DNA of 64,000 bases from Theionarchaea archaeon (GCA_018992565.1 JACVGW010000003.1:178-64177), one strand, 5' to 3'. Shown: positions 48,453 to 58,366, counted from the first letter of the stretch. The notes: a model not told the origin generated them from the letters alone. Numbers and translations are program-made.

Positions 48453-50285
48453 TCATTCTTCTGTTTGCTGCAGAGCCTTTACAGAAACGATGGAAATGAA
48501 TCGTTCCCTCTCATGGTCGACATACAGCAGGTGCACGCTCTCCAATTGATATACAGCCTCGTCCAATTCGTAGACAGACATTCCAGTCATTTTCTCCAAC
48601 TGAGATCTGGGCGTAACGCTGTCACAGCACTTAAGAACGACAGTTTCCTGTTCAGTAAGCAGATACGTTTTGTTTCCGCTGAAACTGTTGGTTTCTTCAA
48701 TGAGAGATGTTCCGTCGCGGAATTCCAGCCAGATGTAGGAAATATCAGCTCTCTGATACTGTTCCAATAATTGGACAAATTCATCCCACAGCTGATGGTG
48801 TTCCAGAGTGCGAGCTCTGAATCCAAAAAAGTCCCATCTCTGATCCGGTGGAATGCTGTTAAGCCTCTCAATTTCCTCATATAGTATATTAACCACCCAC
48901 CTGGTCTTCAGTGCATCAGGAAGGGTTTCATTGTAGTATGGTGTCCCTTTGTACAGGCTGAGCTCAGAGGGAGTCAAATGATACCATGGCAGAAAGAATC
49001 GCAGATACATGAGATTCTCAATGCTCTCAATTACATCCTCTTCACGTTCCTGAGGAAGGTTTCGAATGACATTCGAGCCAGAAATATCCACCCCGTAGTC
49101 CCTTCCGAATTTGAAGGCCTGTATGTTCTCTGAAACTCGGTGCATCTTTCTCATGCCGTGCAGCAGTGGATCGCTCAGCGACTCAAATCCTATCTGGATA
49201 TGCATTCGTATCTTGCTCATCATCTCAACATAGTCCCGGGATAATGCAGTGGGAGAAATGGTTATCCACATGTGATATGGCTTTTTCCGTCTATCTACGC
49301 TTGCCAGCAATCCTTTGAGGAGCGCTCTGAAGTCAACATCACGTTTCCTTCCAAAGTCAGTATCAAGAAAAACAAACCGATGAGTGGCATGCCTCTGTGA
49401 TTGATATTCTATTTCATCGACAACTTCCTGCACTGGTCTTTCGTAGTAGGAATCCCCTCTGTTTACGCCGCAGAATTTGCATTTATTCCATTTACATGAC
49501 CGAACCCCCAGTATTGGAATCGCTGGGGAAATATCCAGTCCATACTGATCGACTCTTTCAAAGTAGTCTGTGTGGTCTGCCCATGGGAGAGCTTCCGGGC
49601 GGAAGTCGCCAACCTTTTTTGTGCAGGTCAAAACACCCTTCTTGCGGTAGACCAGCCGGGGAACCTCTGAGAGAGCTTCTACATCTTCCATTCGCTTCGC
49701 CAATTCTCCCAGGGGGACCTCACCTTCACCCCATATGGCAAAATCTACATTCCTCTGTACCTCCATGAAAGTCTGTGCATCCTCCAGAGTTGCCAGCCCT
49801 CCCACAACAACGCGGATATTGGGGTTCAAACGTTTCAGAGCGGACCAGATATAGCTGTTCAATATCCATTGATAGAAATTCACGGTGAAGCCAGCCATAT
49901 CTGCATCTGCCATGTCATCATTCTCAAGTGAATAATCCACAAAGGCTTTGAAGTCCTCCCCAATCCTGGTCATTTTCTCACGAATCGCATATGAAGTGAT
50001 GAGAGACTCAATCGTGGTGAGACCCTTCACATGTGGAGTCTCAAAGAAAAAACGGGATAAATAAATAGTCAAAACAGTTGGCGCTTCAAATATGTCAATG
50101 CATCTCTCTCGAAATCTCGAAAAAAGAGATGTCAAAGGGGTTATGATCTCGTCAGGAGGGAGGTACCAGTAAATATTCCTGACAGCAAGGTGCTGGGATG
50201 CTGTGCTCTTGAGGTATCCCAGAGCAGCATTCGGAATTTCCATGAGATATGGGAAATTCGCATGAAGATGGAGAGCTCGGACCAT
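48453..50285 (-). CDS. B12-binding-domain radical SAM enzyme (class-B-like)
   Basis: N-terminal Rossmann-like B12-binding region (VVVGGLATLEDAQTFMEVQRNVDFAIWGEGE); radical SAM Cys cluster SCKWNKCKFCGV (CX4CX2C spacing); 610 aa. Confidence 0.6.
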   Translation of the reverse strand: MVRALHLHANFPYLMEIPNAALGYLKSTASQHLAVRNIYWYLPPDEIITPLTSLFSRFRERCIDIFEAPTVLTIYLSRFFFETPHVKGLTTIESLITSYAIREKMTRIGEDFKAFVDYSLENDDMADADMAGFTVNFYQWILNSYIWSALKRLNPNIRVVVGGLATLEDAQTFMEVQRNVDFAIWGEGEVPLGELAKRMEDVEALSEVPRLVYRKKGVLTCTKKVGDFRPEALPWADHTDYFERVDQYGLDISPAIPILGVRSCKWNKCKFCGVNRGDSYYERPVQEVVDEIEYQSQRHATHRFVFLDTDFGRKRDVDFRALLKGLLASVDRRKKPYHMWITISPTALSRDYVEMMSKIRMHIQIGFESLSDPLLHGMRKMHRVSENIQAFKFGRDYGVDISGSNVIRNLPQEREEDVIESIENLMYLRFFLPWYHLTPSELSLYKGTPYYNETLPDALKTRWVVNILYEEIERLNSIPPDQRWDFFGFRARTLEHHQLWDEFVQLLEQYQRADISYIWLEFRDGTSLIEETNSFSGNKTYLLTEQETVVLKCCDSVTPRSQLEKMTGMSVYELDEAVYQLESVHLLYVDHERERFISIVSVKALQQTEE

Positions 50286-50631
50286 GCACTAAGGTTTATC
50301 CTGACTATATATAGGTTTGTAATTTTCCGGTTATTACAAAAGGGAGTAAGCACGTCTTTCCACAATCTTTTATCAGTGCTGCCTCTTCACACATCTAAAA
50401 TCTCTAAAATAAGATAAAATCGTTTTTTATAATGAAATCACTCTTGTGATAAGAATATCCATAGTTTGAGCTGAATTTCATAAGTAAAGAATAGATAAAG
50501 TTTCAAATTTAATATCTTTTTCAAGGAAAGTATATTTTCAAACTGCTTCTCGAATATAATTCTACATGGGGGGCTCAATCACTTGACATCCTGATCCCAC
50601 AAAGTCAGTTCAAATAGCGAAAAAGAAACGA

Positions 50632-50645
50632 AAAGCTTATAAGTA
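50632..50645 (+). promoter_or_regulatory. BRE/TATA-like promoter element AAAGCTTATAAGTA upstream of the small KF-repeat ORF
   Basis: Lies about 32-45 nt upstream of the ATG at 50677; near-identical AAAAGCTTTATAAG precedes the radical SAM gene at 41351. Confidence 0.35.
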
Positions 50646-50676
50646 TTATGGTTAAGTAATGAAAGAGGTGATTTGG

Positions 50677-50757
50677 ATGGTATTTAAGGCAGATGAAGTT
50701 GAAGAAACAGATTCCAAATACAAGTTCAAATTCAAGTTCAAGTTTAAATTCCACTAA
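50677..50757 (+). CDS. unannotated 26-aa small ORF MVFKADEVEETDSKYKFKFKFKFKFH (candidate RiPP-like precursor, or a small amphipathic peptide)
   Basis: ATG preceded by SD AGAGGTGA (5-nt spacing) and the TATA-like element; in-frame (AAGTTC)5-type hexanucleotide repeat encoding alternating Lys-Phe; TAA stop followed immediately by an oligo-T tract; sits between divergent radical-SAM and TldD/TldE operons. Confidence 0.35.
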   Translation: MVFKADEVEETDSKYKFKFKFKFKFH

Positions 50758-50766
50758 GCTGTCACG

Positions 50767-50788
50767 TTCTTTTTCTTTATCTTTTTCC
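50767..50788 (+). terminator. oligo-T tract (TTCTTTTTCTTTATCTTTTTCC) after the small ORF
   Basis: Archaeal-terminator-like T-rich run starting 10 nt after the stop codon; a second TATA-like box (TTATAAAAT) follows before the TldD gene. Confidence 0.35.
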
Positions 50789-50879
50789 AAGGTGATTTTC
50801 GTTATAAAATATCAGTAACTGTTCAGATGTACGTATCGCTCACCATGCCTTTTTATAGGGGTAACAATGAAAATACTGT

Positions 50880-52256
50880 ATGCTCGACATTCTGGAAAAA
50901 GGAGTAGCCACAGCAAGAGGGATGGCAGACTACATTGAACTCCGAGGTGAAGAACGTGTATTGACATATATAACGTATTCTGATGGGAGAATTGACAATG
51001 TGAGTAGCATCATCCATTCGGGTGTGGGATGCAGGGTGCTGTATGATGGAGCGTGGGGATTCAGCTGTGGTCGGATGGATGCTCTGGAACACCTGGTGAG
51101 AGATACGTGTTCTCTGGCCAGGGCAGCATCATATCACAGAAAGGAAAGAATAGAGCTGCAGGACATTAACCCACAGCAGGATGAAAGAGCTCTTACGTGC
51201 AGGACGCCTCCTCACCACGTTGCTCTTGAACGGAAAATCTCAAGGCTGAAAACCGTGCATGATCTCATAAGGGTGTATGACCCCCGAATTGGGGCAGTCT
51301 CTATCGACTATGAAGATTCACATGGGACAAAATGTCTGGTCACCAGTGAAGGTACAGCACTTACCCAAGAAACAAGCCATCTCTATAATCACTGCTGGGT
51401 AACAGGAAAGGAGAGTGGTGCACTGACAGCTGCCAGAGATATAACGGGATCAACGGAAGAAGGGTTTGAATTTTTTGAAAAAGAGTCAGAAGAAAGAATA
51501 GCTGAAAGGGTATGCAGTCGAGTCATTATGCAACTGAACGGGAGAATTGCCAGAAAGGGGACATTTCCCTGCGTTTTGGGTTCCAGGGTAGTGGGGATCC
51601 TTGCCCATGAAGCACTGGGGCATTTGGTAGAAGCTGATCTGACAGGAAGTTCACCCTTCAATAACAGGCTTGGAAAAAAAGTCAGTACAGATTCTGTGAA
51701 CGTGGTGGATGCACCCGTCAAGGGGACATTTGGCAGTACCTCGTACGATGATGAAGGTGTTCCAACTGGACCTGTGGATATCATCAAGAATGGAGTCCTG
51801 TGTGGGTTGTTGACTAACAGAGAGTACGCTTTCAAGACAGGAATTCCAGTATGTGGAGCTGCCAGAGCAGAAAGCTTCTTGTACCCTCCCCTCATCCGAA
51901 TGAGAAACACTTTTTTTGACTGTGGAGACCTTCACGAGGAAGAACTACTTGAGGGCATCAGATTTGGGTATTACTGCAAAGACTTTCGAGGAGGGGAGGC
52001 TGACCTGAGTTCCTGGTTCCAGATAGGTATCCAGGAAGCATTTGAAATAGTAAATGGTGAAATAGGTGATCCGGTAAAGGAGGTCTCCATCAGTGGGTTG
52101 GCCACAGAAGCTCTCCTGTCAATTGAAGGAATAGGTAACACTCTGGGATTTCTTGGAGGGTACTGTGGAAAAGGACAGCAGGCAGCAGTCTCAGCAGGTG
52201 GTCCACCCCTCAGATTCCCAGAGGGTGTCATCTTGTTTGGAGGGAGAATGCCATGA
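50880..52256 (+). CDS. tldD: TldD-family metalloprotease
   Basis: PmbA/TldD-family fold throughout; C-terminal GG...GG motifs; 458 aa; 4-nt overlap with the next gene. Confidence 0.75.
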   Translation: MLDILEKGVATARGMADYIELRGEERVLTYITYSDGRIDNVSSIIHSGVGCRVLYDGAWGFSCGRMDALEHLVRDTCSLARAASYHRKERIELQDINPQQDERALTCRTPPHHVALERKISRLKTVHDLIRVYDPRIGAVSIDYEDSHGTKCLVTSEGTALTQETSHLYNHCWVTGKESGALTAARDITGSTEEGFEFFEKESEERIAERVCSRVIMQLNGRIARKGTFPCVLGSRVVGILAHEALGHLVEADLTGSSPFNNRLGKKVSTDSVNVVDAPVKGTFGSTSYDDEGVPTGPVDIIKNGVLCGLLTNREYAFKTGIPVCGAARAESFLYPPLIRMRNTFFDCGDLHEEELLEGIRFGYYCKDFRGGEADLSSWFQIGIQEAFEIVNGEIGDPVKEVSISGLATEALLSIEGIGNTLGFLGGYCGKGQQAAVSAGGPPLRFPEGVILFGGRMP

Positions 52257-53581
52257 AAGACGTCTGTGAACATGCAGTTCTTGCGGGTGAAACATGCGGT
52301 GTAGACGAGATCGAGGCATTCTGGTCCCGTGATACTGTGATCACTGTTGAAGCAGAAATGGGTCAGATAAGCACGGCTTCAAAAGTATGTACTGAAGGAA
52401 TGCGCATACGGGTAGTAAAGGAGAAAGCTGTGGGTTCAGTATATAGCTACCGAATGGATAGAGACTCTGTTGAATGCGCAGTGAGAAGAGCAGCCAGCGC
52501 TGCCCGGGTGTCCTCGCGGGATGAGGACTGGCATTCATTACCCTCACCTGGAAGATATAGTCAGGTGTGCCTCTGGGATCTTTCAATAGCAAGGGCGGAC
52601 CTGGAGGACCTGGTGACTCCCGTTGCAGAGACATTCACGTCAATTCCTGATGGTGTTAGAGTGCACTTTGTGGGCAATGAGGTCGTGGTGAGAGAGCAGT
52701 GCTGTCTCAATACCAGTGGAATTGCCCATGAGGACAGGACAACGCTGCAGAGGTATGGTGTCATGGCAGTTGGGAAGATGCAGCAAAGGGTATCTCCTGC
52801 TTTCAGAGAGGTAGTCTTCTCCAGAAGCTTGGATGTTGCTGTTCACGAAAAAGCTGAAGTGCTCTGGAAGAAAATTGCTCTCTTCATGAATTCGGAATCT
52901 GCTTCTTCGGGTGCATTCTCCGTAGTTCTTTCTCCTCCAGCACTGCAGGAAATCCTGTATTACACCTTATTTAGAGCAATTTCAGGCGAAAACGTATCCA
53001 GGGGGAGATCACTCTTGAAGAGAAGAGAGGGGGAAAAAATAGCACATTCTGCCTTTTCATTGCGCGACAATGGAATCAGCCCCCGAGGAGCAAATTCCCA
53101 TGAGATGGATGATGAAGGTGTTCCCTGCCAGGACACGAATCTTGTTGAAGAAGGTATACTCCAGGGCTTCATCTGGAATGATTACTGGGCAAAGAGGGAG
53201 GGCTACACAAGCACAGGAAATGCTCATTACCAGACAAGAACCAGTGCACTCGCGGTCCAACCCACCACCATGGTAGTGACCCCAGGGGACCATGACGAAG
53301 CAGAGCTTCTTGATATTCAGGACGGATACTACATTCTGGACGTTCAGGGAGCCCATGCCTCTAACCCTGAATCGGGTGATTTCTCGGTCTTGTGTAATCC
53401 CGCTTTCAGAATCAGAAATGGAGAAATATCAGGTGGATGTACGGGCATGATGATGTCAGGCAACGTGTTTTCGCTGATGAAGAAAATTGATGCTATTGGA
53501 GGTGATGCCAAGGTATTACAAGCGGGAAGTTTCCCTTCAATACGATTCAACCAGGTGAACATTGCTGCAAAAAGAACATGA
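52253..53581 (+). CDS. TldE/PmbA-family protein, partner of TldD
   Basis: Second PmbA/TldD-family paralog directly coupled to TldD, the classic tldD-tldE pair. Confidence 0.7.
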   Translation: MKDVCEHAVLAGETCGVDEIEAFWSRDTVITVEAEMGQISTASKVCTEGMRIRVVKEKAVGSVYSYRMDRDSVECAVRRAASAARVSSRDEDWHSLPSPGRYSQVCLWDLSIARADLEDLVTPVAETFTSIPDGVRVHFVGNEVVVREQCCLNTSGIAHEDRTTLQRYGVMAVGKMQQRVSPAFREVVFSRSLDVAVHEKAEVLWKKIALFMNSESASSGAFSVVLSPPALQEILYYTLFRAISGENVSRGRSLLKRREGEKIAHSAFSLRDNGISPRGANSHEMDDEGVPCQDTNLVEEGILQGFIWNDYWAKREGYTSTGNAHYQTRTSALAVQPTTMVVTPGDHDEAELLDIQDGYYILDVQGAHASNPESGDFSVLCNPAFRIRNGEISGGCTGMMMSGNVFSLMKKIDAIGGDAKVLQAGSFPSIRFNQVNIAAKRT

Positions 53582-53603
53582 TCTTCAGGGATCAGTCTTA
53601 TCT

Positions 53604-54404
53604 TTAGATCAGCACTATCAGCCGTCCAATCCTCCCCACACTGAGTTGGATTATACCTCTGTATGAATCTGCGTATCCATTCTCCACCCGTATCTTGTCA
53701 CCAACTCCAATCCAGCCTATCTGCTGGTTCCAGAGCACCAGGACGACCCGGCCTGTCTCATCTTTGAGAGCAGCATTACTGACGCTGAGCGGCTCACCCC
53801 TTCGAGAGCGCACAGGACGAGGCTCAGATTTCTCTACAATTTCACCTTCAATTGTGACATTTTTCATACCCGCTCTCAAATCACTGACCTTTGCCAATTC
53901 ATGAGAAGCAGATGGATCACGTATCCATTGATACCATCGACCCCTCCAGTCAGGGTTGCCGAGATCCCAGCCTATTTGAGTGAATCCCAGCTTTTCATAG
54001 AAGCCGGAGGTCCTTGTGTTCCACTCGGGAGTCCCCAGAGTCCACACCTGTACATCGGGATACAGATCCCAGAGAATCTCACATGCGCGAGTTCCAATAC
54101 CATTTCTGTGATGGGAGGGGTCAACAAAAATGCGCTCCAGCACCTTATGGGTCTTCCCTGCTGATCCCACCATGATACCTCCCAGAAGCGCATCATTCAC
54201 TACGATCTTGAAGTAGTCCAGAAATCCCATGAATCGCACCTGTGCCTCTGGTGAATCATAGCCAGGAGGACCTCCCACTCCAGGGCCAGGGGCCCCTACC
54301 TCACAGTCTGTGTGGAATGCCTTCTTGCAGATATCTGCCAGGATCGGGGCATCTTCTTCCCGTGCAGGCTCCAGTCGGACTTCAGTGTCTATTTCCATAT
54401 TCAT
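53604..54404 (-). CDS. GNAT-family N-acetyltransferase fused to a C-terminal OB-fold-like domain
   Basis: GNAT motif ERIFVDPSHHRNGIGTRACE; C-terminal ~95 aa (TGRVVLVLWNQQIGWIGVGDKIRVENGYADSYRGIIQLSVGRIGRLIV) resemble an SSB/RPA-type OB fold. Confidence 0.5.
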   Translation of the reverse strand: MNMEIDTEVRLEPAREEDAPILADICKKAFHTDCEVGAPGPGVGGPPGYDSPEAQVRFMGFLDYFKIVVNDALLGGIMVGSAGKTHKVLERIFVDPSHHRNGIGTRACEILWDLYPDVQVWTLGTPEWNTRTSGFYEKLGFTQIGWDLGNPDWRGRWYQWIRDPSASHELAKVSDLRAGMKNVTIEGEIVEKSEPRPVRSRRGEPLSVSNAALKDETGRVVLVLWNQQIGWIGVGDKIRVENGYADSYRGIIQLSVGRIGRLIVLI

Positions 54405-54575
54405 CTACCTGTACAACAGTGGATTGTCCAGCCAGTCTTCCAGAGGAAATCTCCTATCACAATCTGCAGCGGTCTTCTCCATATCATGCTCCCCCTTACA
54501 GAAAAATCTTATAAACTTTGAGGTGCCCTCTCTTCTATTGATTTCTATACCCACAACCAGGATGTGGACGCTCCT

Positions 54576-55700
54576 TCACAGGGTTGCATCATGGGGTTCC
54601 TCACTCTTTTTTTTCTCACTGGCGAGATACAATGCCGCAAAAAACAACAACACAATAGAAGGAAAAAACGATGCATCAATACACATGAGGAAAATAGCCA
54701 GCACAATGGCATAATACGGAAGGTTACAGCGATCTTTCAGGGCCTTCCTGTACAGGGTATTCAACCCTGCTCCGAAGAATCCCATCCACCCCAGTTCAAG
54801 AATACCTCCATCAAAAATCATAGGGCCCATAATAGTAGACGTAATATTGCAGGGATAGCCAAATAAGTAAGGACCAATGACAGCGCTGGTGCTGAAATGC
54901 AGCCATATTCCTCCGTGCGTAATGCCCCACCATCCTGCTTTCTGTACAATAGAATTTATCACGCCAAACGTGAAAGCTGAACGATACAAGAGCAATTCCA
55001 ACGCATTGTATTTCCAGTCCTGATACGTTACGCCAAGATATCCCAGGGCAACAACCAACAGAAACAGGGGGATTGCTGAAAAGAAGATATGGCGAATGCG
55101 TATTTTTCCCAGCATATAGAGAGACACAAAGACCACCAGTATCAATTCCAGAACATAGACTCTGTAGGTGAACAGTGCCAGCAGGACCAGTGTGATAGCA
55201 AAGCAGAGTCCCACCTTTCTTACGTCCCATTCTCTGGCCATGAATGTCAGCCCCAGGAATATGAAAATGTACCCCGCAATGAACACGACATTGACATTTG
55301 CCTGTCTCAGTTCCGGATTGAGAGCAGGAATCCCTTTCAACACCAACTGAGATAGAATCAGGGCCACGCCCAGAGGTATGAACCACTTCTTGTTAGCGTG
55401 TTGAATTGCCATTAAGACTCCCACTGCCACAAAAGGCAGAATGAGGCCAGGGAGGTGATATTCCTGATATGCAAAGAACGTGGCCAGCACGAGTGTTATT
55501 GCATAGTACACTCTTCTGCTGTCTGGAAGGACCAGCTGGCATCCTGCCACAAAGCATGCGAGTCCCACGCCAAGGTACAGGAACGTCTGAGGATACAGGG
55601 AGAACCTATCAGAAACATAGGGGAAACTCAGTAGTCCAACACTCATATACCCTGCAAACCCAAGGACAAAAAGGTAGGGAGACACCAGCTTATACTGCAT
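54576..55700 (-). CDS. polytopic membrane protein (about 10 TM helices; possibly Wzy/O-antigen-polymerase-like)
   Basis: Hydrophobicity pattern only; no motif. Confidence 0.35.
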   Translation of the reverse strand: MQYKLVSPYLFVLGFAGYMSVGLLSFPYVSDRFSLYPQTFLYLGVGLACFVAGCQLVLPDSRRVYYAITLVLATFFAYQEYHLPGLILPFVAVGVLMAIQHANKKWFIPLGVALILSQLVLKGIPALNPELRQANVNVVFIAGYIFIFLGLTFMAREWDVRKVGLCFAITLVLLALFTYRVYVLELILVVFVSLYMLGKIRIRHIFFSAIPLFLLVVALGYLGVTYQDWKYNALELLLYRSAFTFGVINSIVQKAGWWGITHGGIWLHFSTSAVIGPYLFGYPCNITSTIMGPMIFDGGILELGWMGFFGAGLNTLYRKALKDRCNLPYYAIVLAIFLMCIDASFFPSIVLLFFAALYLASEKKKSEEPHDATL

Positions 55701-55730
55701 GCACCTTCACTGGGAGTATCTTTAAAATCT

Positions 55731-56804
55731 TTACGGCAGGAAGTCCTTGTGCTCGATCTTGTCCGGGAGGTACTCCTTGGCCACAAATTCCAAGCTCTTG
55801 TTGGCCAGGGCCTGCTGCTCAATCCTGACCCCCAGTTTCAGGCACAGCTCCAGTTCCTTCTGCCACTTCTTATGCTTGAACCATTCATAGGACTTCAATT
55901 CTTTTATTCGTGACTTGTCAGTGCTCTTTAATCTCTCTGTTACAGAATGCAGCCCGTATTGTTCAATATCCCTCATGGTCATACCCACAAACTTGGAATC
56001 AGGTACACTCAATCGCTTGGAGAGATATGCCAGGTTCATGGATCCCTGTTTTATGGTGGAGTAGATGTACCACCCATAGGGATCTCCATCAGTGAAGGCA
56101 ATGACAGGCAGGTTCCTTTCATAGTGCAACCGGTGTATCAATCGTCTGACGCCCCGGGGGGCCTGACCCTGGCAGGCGATGATGATTGCACCATTGTTCT
56201 GAGCGAATTTTTCCTCAATCAATCGGTCTGCCATAGCAGCAGTCTCCACCACCAGAATGTACTCAGCACTGACCTCAGGGAATTCAATGTCCTCCACTGT
56301 GCCAGGAACAGCCCATCCTCCTCTCCCCAATCTGCTGGCATTGAACTCATCGCCATCATCCCGGATTACAATATCACCATACATGTACCCACGCCTGTCT
56401 GCTGTCAGGTTGAGCTGCTCTCTCAGAAGGTCCAGGGAGACTTCAATATCCTCAGCAATGGCATTGCTCTCTGTCTGATCGTCAAAAGTGTTCTCTCTTG
56501 ATCCTGCAATACTGTGTTTTAAGGCATAGTATAGTTCACGAATACCGGCATGTTTTCCTTCCTCCACCAGCCTCCTGCAGTAACTGGCCACCAGTAGTGT
56601 CTGCATGAATTTTCTTGTATGAGCCACATTCATGTAGTACCTCTTGGAATGCTTATCTCCCAGTACCAGCATTCTGCTGCTCTCATCGAAACTGACATTA
56701 CCCAGTCCGCGCTGGGGGATTTTCATGTAGGGGCTTCTCCCCTTGTCAATCTGCTCATATACAGATAATCCGAATTGTTCCAGGTTCTCTTCGATTTCAT
56801 TCAT
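55731..56804 (-). CDS. top6A: DNA topoisomerase VI subunit A (Spo11-like)
   Basis: Winged helix with catalytic Tyr region ([11 protein letters not shown]) and Toprim DxD motif ([12 protein letters not shown]); immediately downstream of the subunit B gene. Confidence 0.85.
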   Translation of the reverse strand: MNEIEENLEQFGLSVYEQIDKGRSPYMKIPQRGLGNVSFDESSRMLVLGDKHSKRYYMNVAHTRKFMQTLLVASYCRRLVEEGKHAGIRELYYALKHSIAGSRENTFDDQTESNAIAEDIEVSLDLLREQLNLTADRRGYMYGDIVIRDDGDEFNASRLGRGGWAVPGTVEDIEFPEVSAEYILVVETAAMADRLIEEKFAQNNGAIIIACQGQAPRGVRRLIHRLHYERNLPVIAFTDGDPYGWYIYSTIKQGSMNLAYLSKRLSVPDSKFVGMTMRDIEQYGLHSVTERLKSTDKSRIKELKSYEWFKHKKWQKELELCLKLGVRIEQQALANKSLEFVAKEYLPDKIEHKDFLP

Positions 56805-56809
56805 GATAA

Positions 56810-58366
56810 TCAGCCTGCCTGTTCACCATATTTCTTTGCAATAACTGCATACAACTTCTCCTCAACAGGAGAGCTTTCTTTCTTCTTGATGAGCATGCTC
56901 AGAGCACGTGCAGTCTCCGGAGCGTATTTGCGAAGAGTATCCCGCTTTTTTCTCTTCTCGTGAGCCCGTCTCTTTCCTCTCAAGAAGCTCTTCAGGGACC
57001 TGCCCACATCCATGATCCCATTCCTGATTTCTGAGTAGATTTCCTCTTCCATGGCTATGGCCTGTTTTCCCGCAGATGTATATGGTATGTGCGTGGAGAC
57101 CAGGTTGATGAAGAGGGTGAGAGGTGTCTTATCCTCTTCTTTCACCCCATACCGCCTCCAGTCTATGGAGTTGACTGCTTCAGTAATGGCACAGCCACCC
57201 TGGTCAAAGATGAGGGGTGCGCTGTTGGCATAGCGGATAATGTCGATGCCGTTGGTGGAGTTGTGGTTCCCTCCGTATGCAACTCCCACTTCTACAATAA
57301 AGGGGATTCCCCCCTTGTAGGTAACTGCAGAGCGCGTGGTGGCATACACGAATTCGGGATTGATAGTGGTTTCCAGCCCTTTCCTCACGTTTTCATCTCC
57401 TATGGGGATCAGTCCTTCTGTGGGTGGTGCCATGAATTTCACCTGGCTGAAGGCCTGTACCAGCTCTTCTGCCTCCTTCCAGGTCAGCTTGCTGGGGTTC
57501 TTGCCCAGGGAAAAAGAAATCAATTTCTCTATGTCTCCCAGACGTGTCTTGCTTATACGGACAAAATCATTAAGAAGAAATGAGGAAGCAGTTCTCTTGT
57601 CTGTATATCTAGCCATCAGGAGCATGTCATGGGGAGAAATTCCCTGTGGGTGGGGCTTGATTTCCTTGGGTGACGTGGGGACCGTGGTAATGCTTCGCTC
57701 AAAGAGGAGTTTTGAGCCATCCGGCTCCACAAAGGTGATGTTGGCGTGAGGGTTTGAGATAGAGGTCATCCTCAAGTAATTGTACGGGCTGTATCGGGAT
57801 TTATTGTAGAGCACTTTCTTGGCCTCAACCAGCAGTTTAGTTCCTCTCCATTTCTCGTCATTCTTCCGTTTCTTCTTGTGGACAATCCTCCCGATATTAT
57901 GTTCCACATCAATCTGCACTTCGCATTTTACAACGTGCGAATCGCCTGTTGAGGTAATGACAACGGAGGGTTTTCCTGTGGTGACCTGAGAATACATGAC
58001 AGCACCAGAAATGCCAATTCCCTGCTGACCCCTGGACTGAATATTGCGGTGGGCCTTACTCCCCGCCAGCATACGTCCAAAGACCTCTGGTATATAATTC
58101 AGGGGGATACCTGAGGCATTGTCCTCAATGGCAACCCGGTAGTGCTCACTGCCAAGTTCCTCTATTTCCACCCTGATGTCAGGGAGAATTCGTGCATCTT
58201 CACACGCATCCAGTGCATTCGTTACTCCTTCGTGGATCAGAGTGGTCAAAGAGCGTATCTTACCTGTGTAGCCCAGCATGGCTGCATTTTTCCTGAAGAA
58301 TTCAGAAACGCTCTGCACCCTGAAATCCTTGAAGATATCATTAGCGTGACGGCTCTCCTGATTCAT
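56810..58366 (-). CDS. top6B: DNA topoisomerase VI subunit B (GHKL ATPase)
   Basis: Bergerat-fold motifs [19 protein letters not shown] and GQQGIGISG, plus a transducer domain. Confidence 0.85.
   Translation of the reverse strand: MNQESRHANDIFKDFRVQSVSEFFRKNAAMLGYTGKIRSLTTLIHEGVTNALDACEDARILPDIRVEIEELGSEHYRVAIEDNASGIPLNYIPEVFGRMLAGSKAHRNIQSRGQQGIGISGAVMYSQVTTGKPSVVITSTGDSHVVKCEVQIDVEHNIGRIVHKKKRKNDEKWRGTKLLVEAKKVLYNKSRYSPYNYLRMTSISNPHANITFVEPDGSKLLFERSITTVPTSPKEIKPHPQGISPHDMLLMARYTDKRTASSFLLNDFVRISKTRLGDIEKLISFSLGKNPSKLTWKEAEELVQAFSQVKFMAPPTEGLIPIGDENVRKGLETTINPEFVYATTRSAVTYKGGIPFIVEVGVAYGGNHNSTNGIDIIRYANSAPLIFDQGGCAITEAVNSIDWRRYGVKEEDKTPLTLFINLVSTHIPYTSAGKQAIAMEEEIYSEIRNGIMDVGRSLKSFLRGKRRAHEKRKKRDTLRKYAPETARALSMLIKKKESSPVEEKLYAVIAKKYGEQAG

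Noticed and set aside
50286-50676. CRISPR-like or other structured repeat in the AT-rich divergent intergenic region
   Set aside because: It contains only short low-complexity AT repeats (for example CTAAAAT). There is no regular repeat-spacer periodicity and no cas genes.
50605-50790. 61-aa minus-strand ORF (MEKDKEKERDSLVEFKLELEFELVF…) antisense to the KF-repeat ORF
   Set aside because: It needs a TTG start and has no SD or TATA element in suitable position. The plus-strand 26-aa ORF has ATG, SD, TATA and a terminator. The minus-strand reading is kept only as an ambiguity.
54811-55386. 191-aa minus-strand ORF and 55089..55355 plus-strand ORF inside the polytopic membrane protein gene
   Set aside because: They are overlapping alternative frames of a gene with a consistent ten-helix hydrophobicity profile, so they are most likely non-coding.
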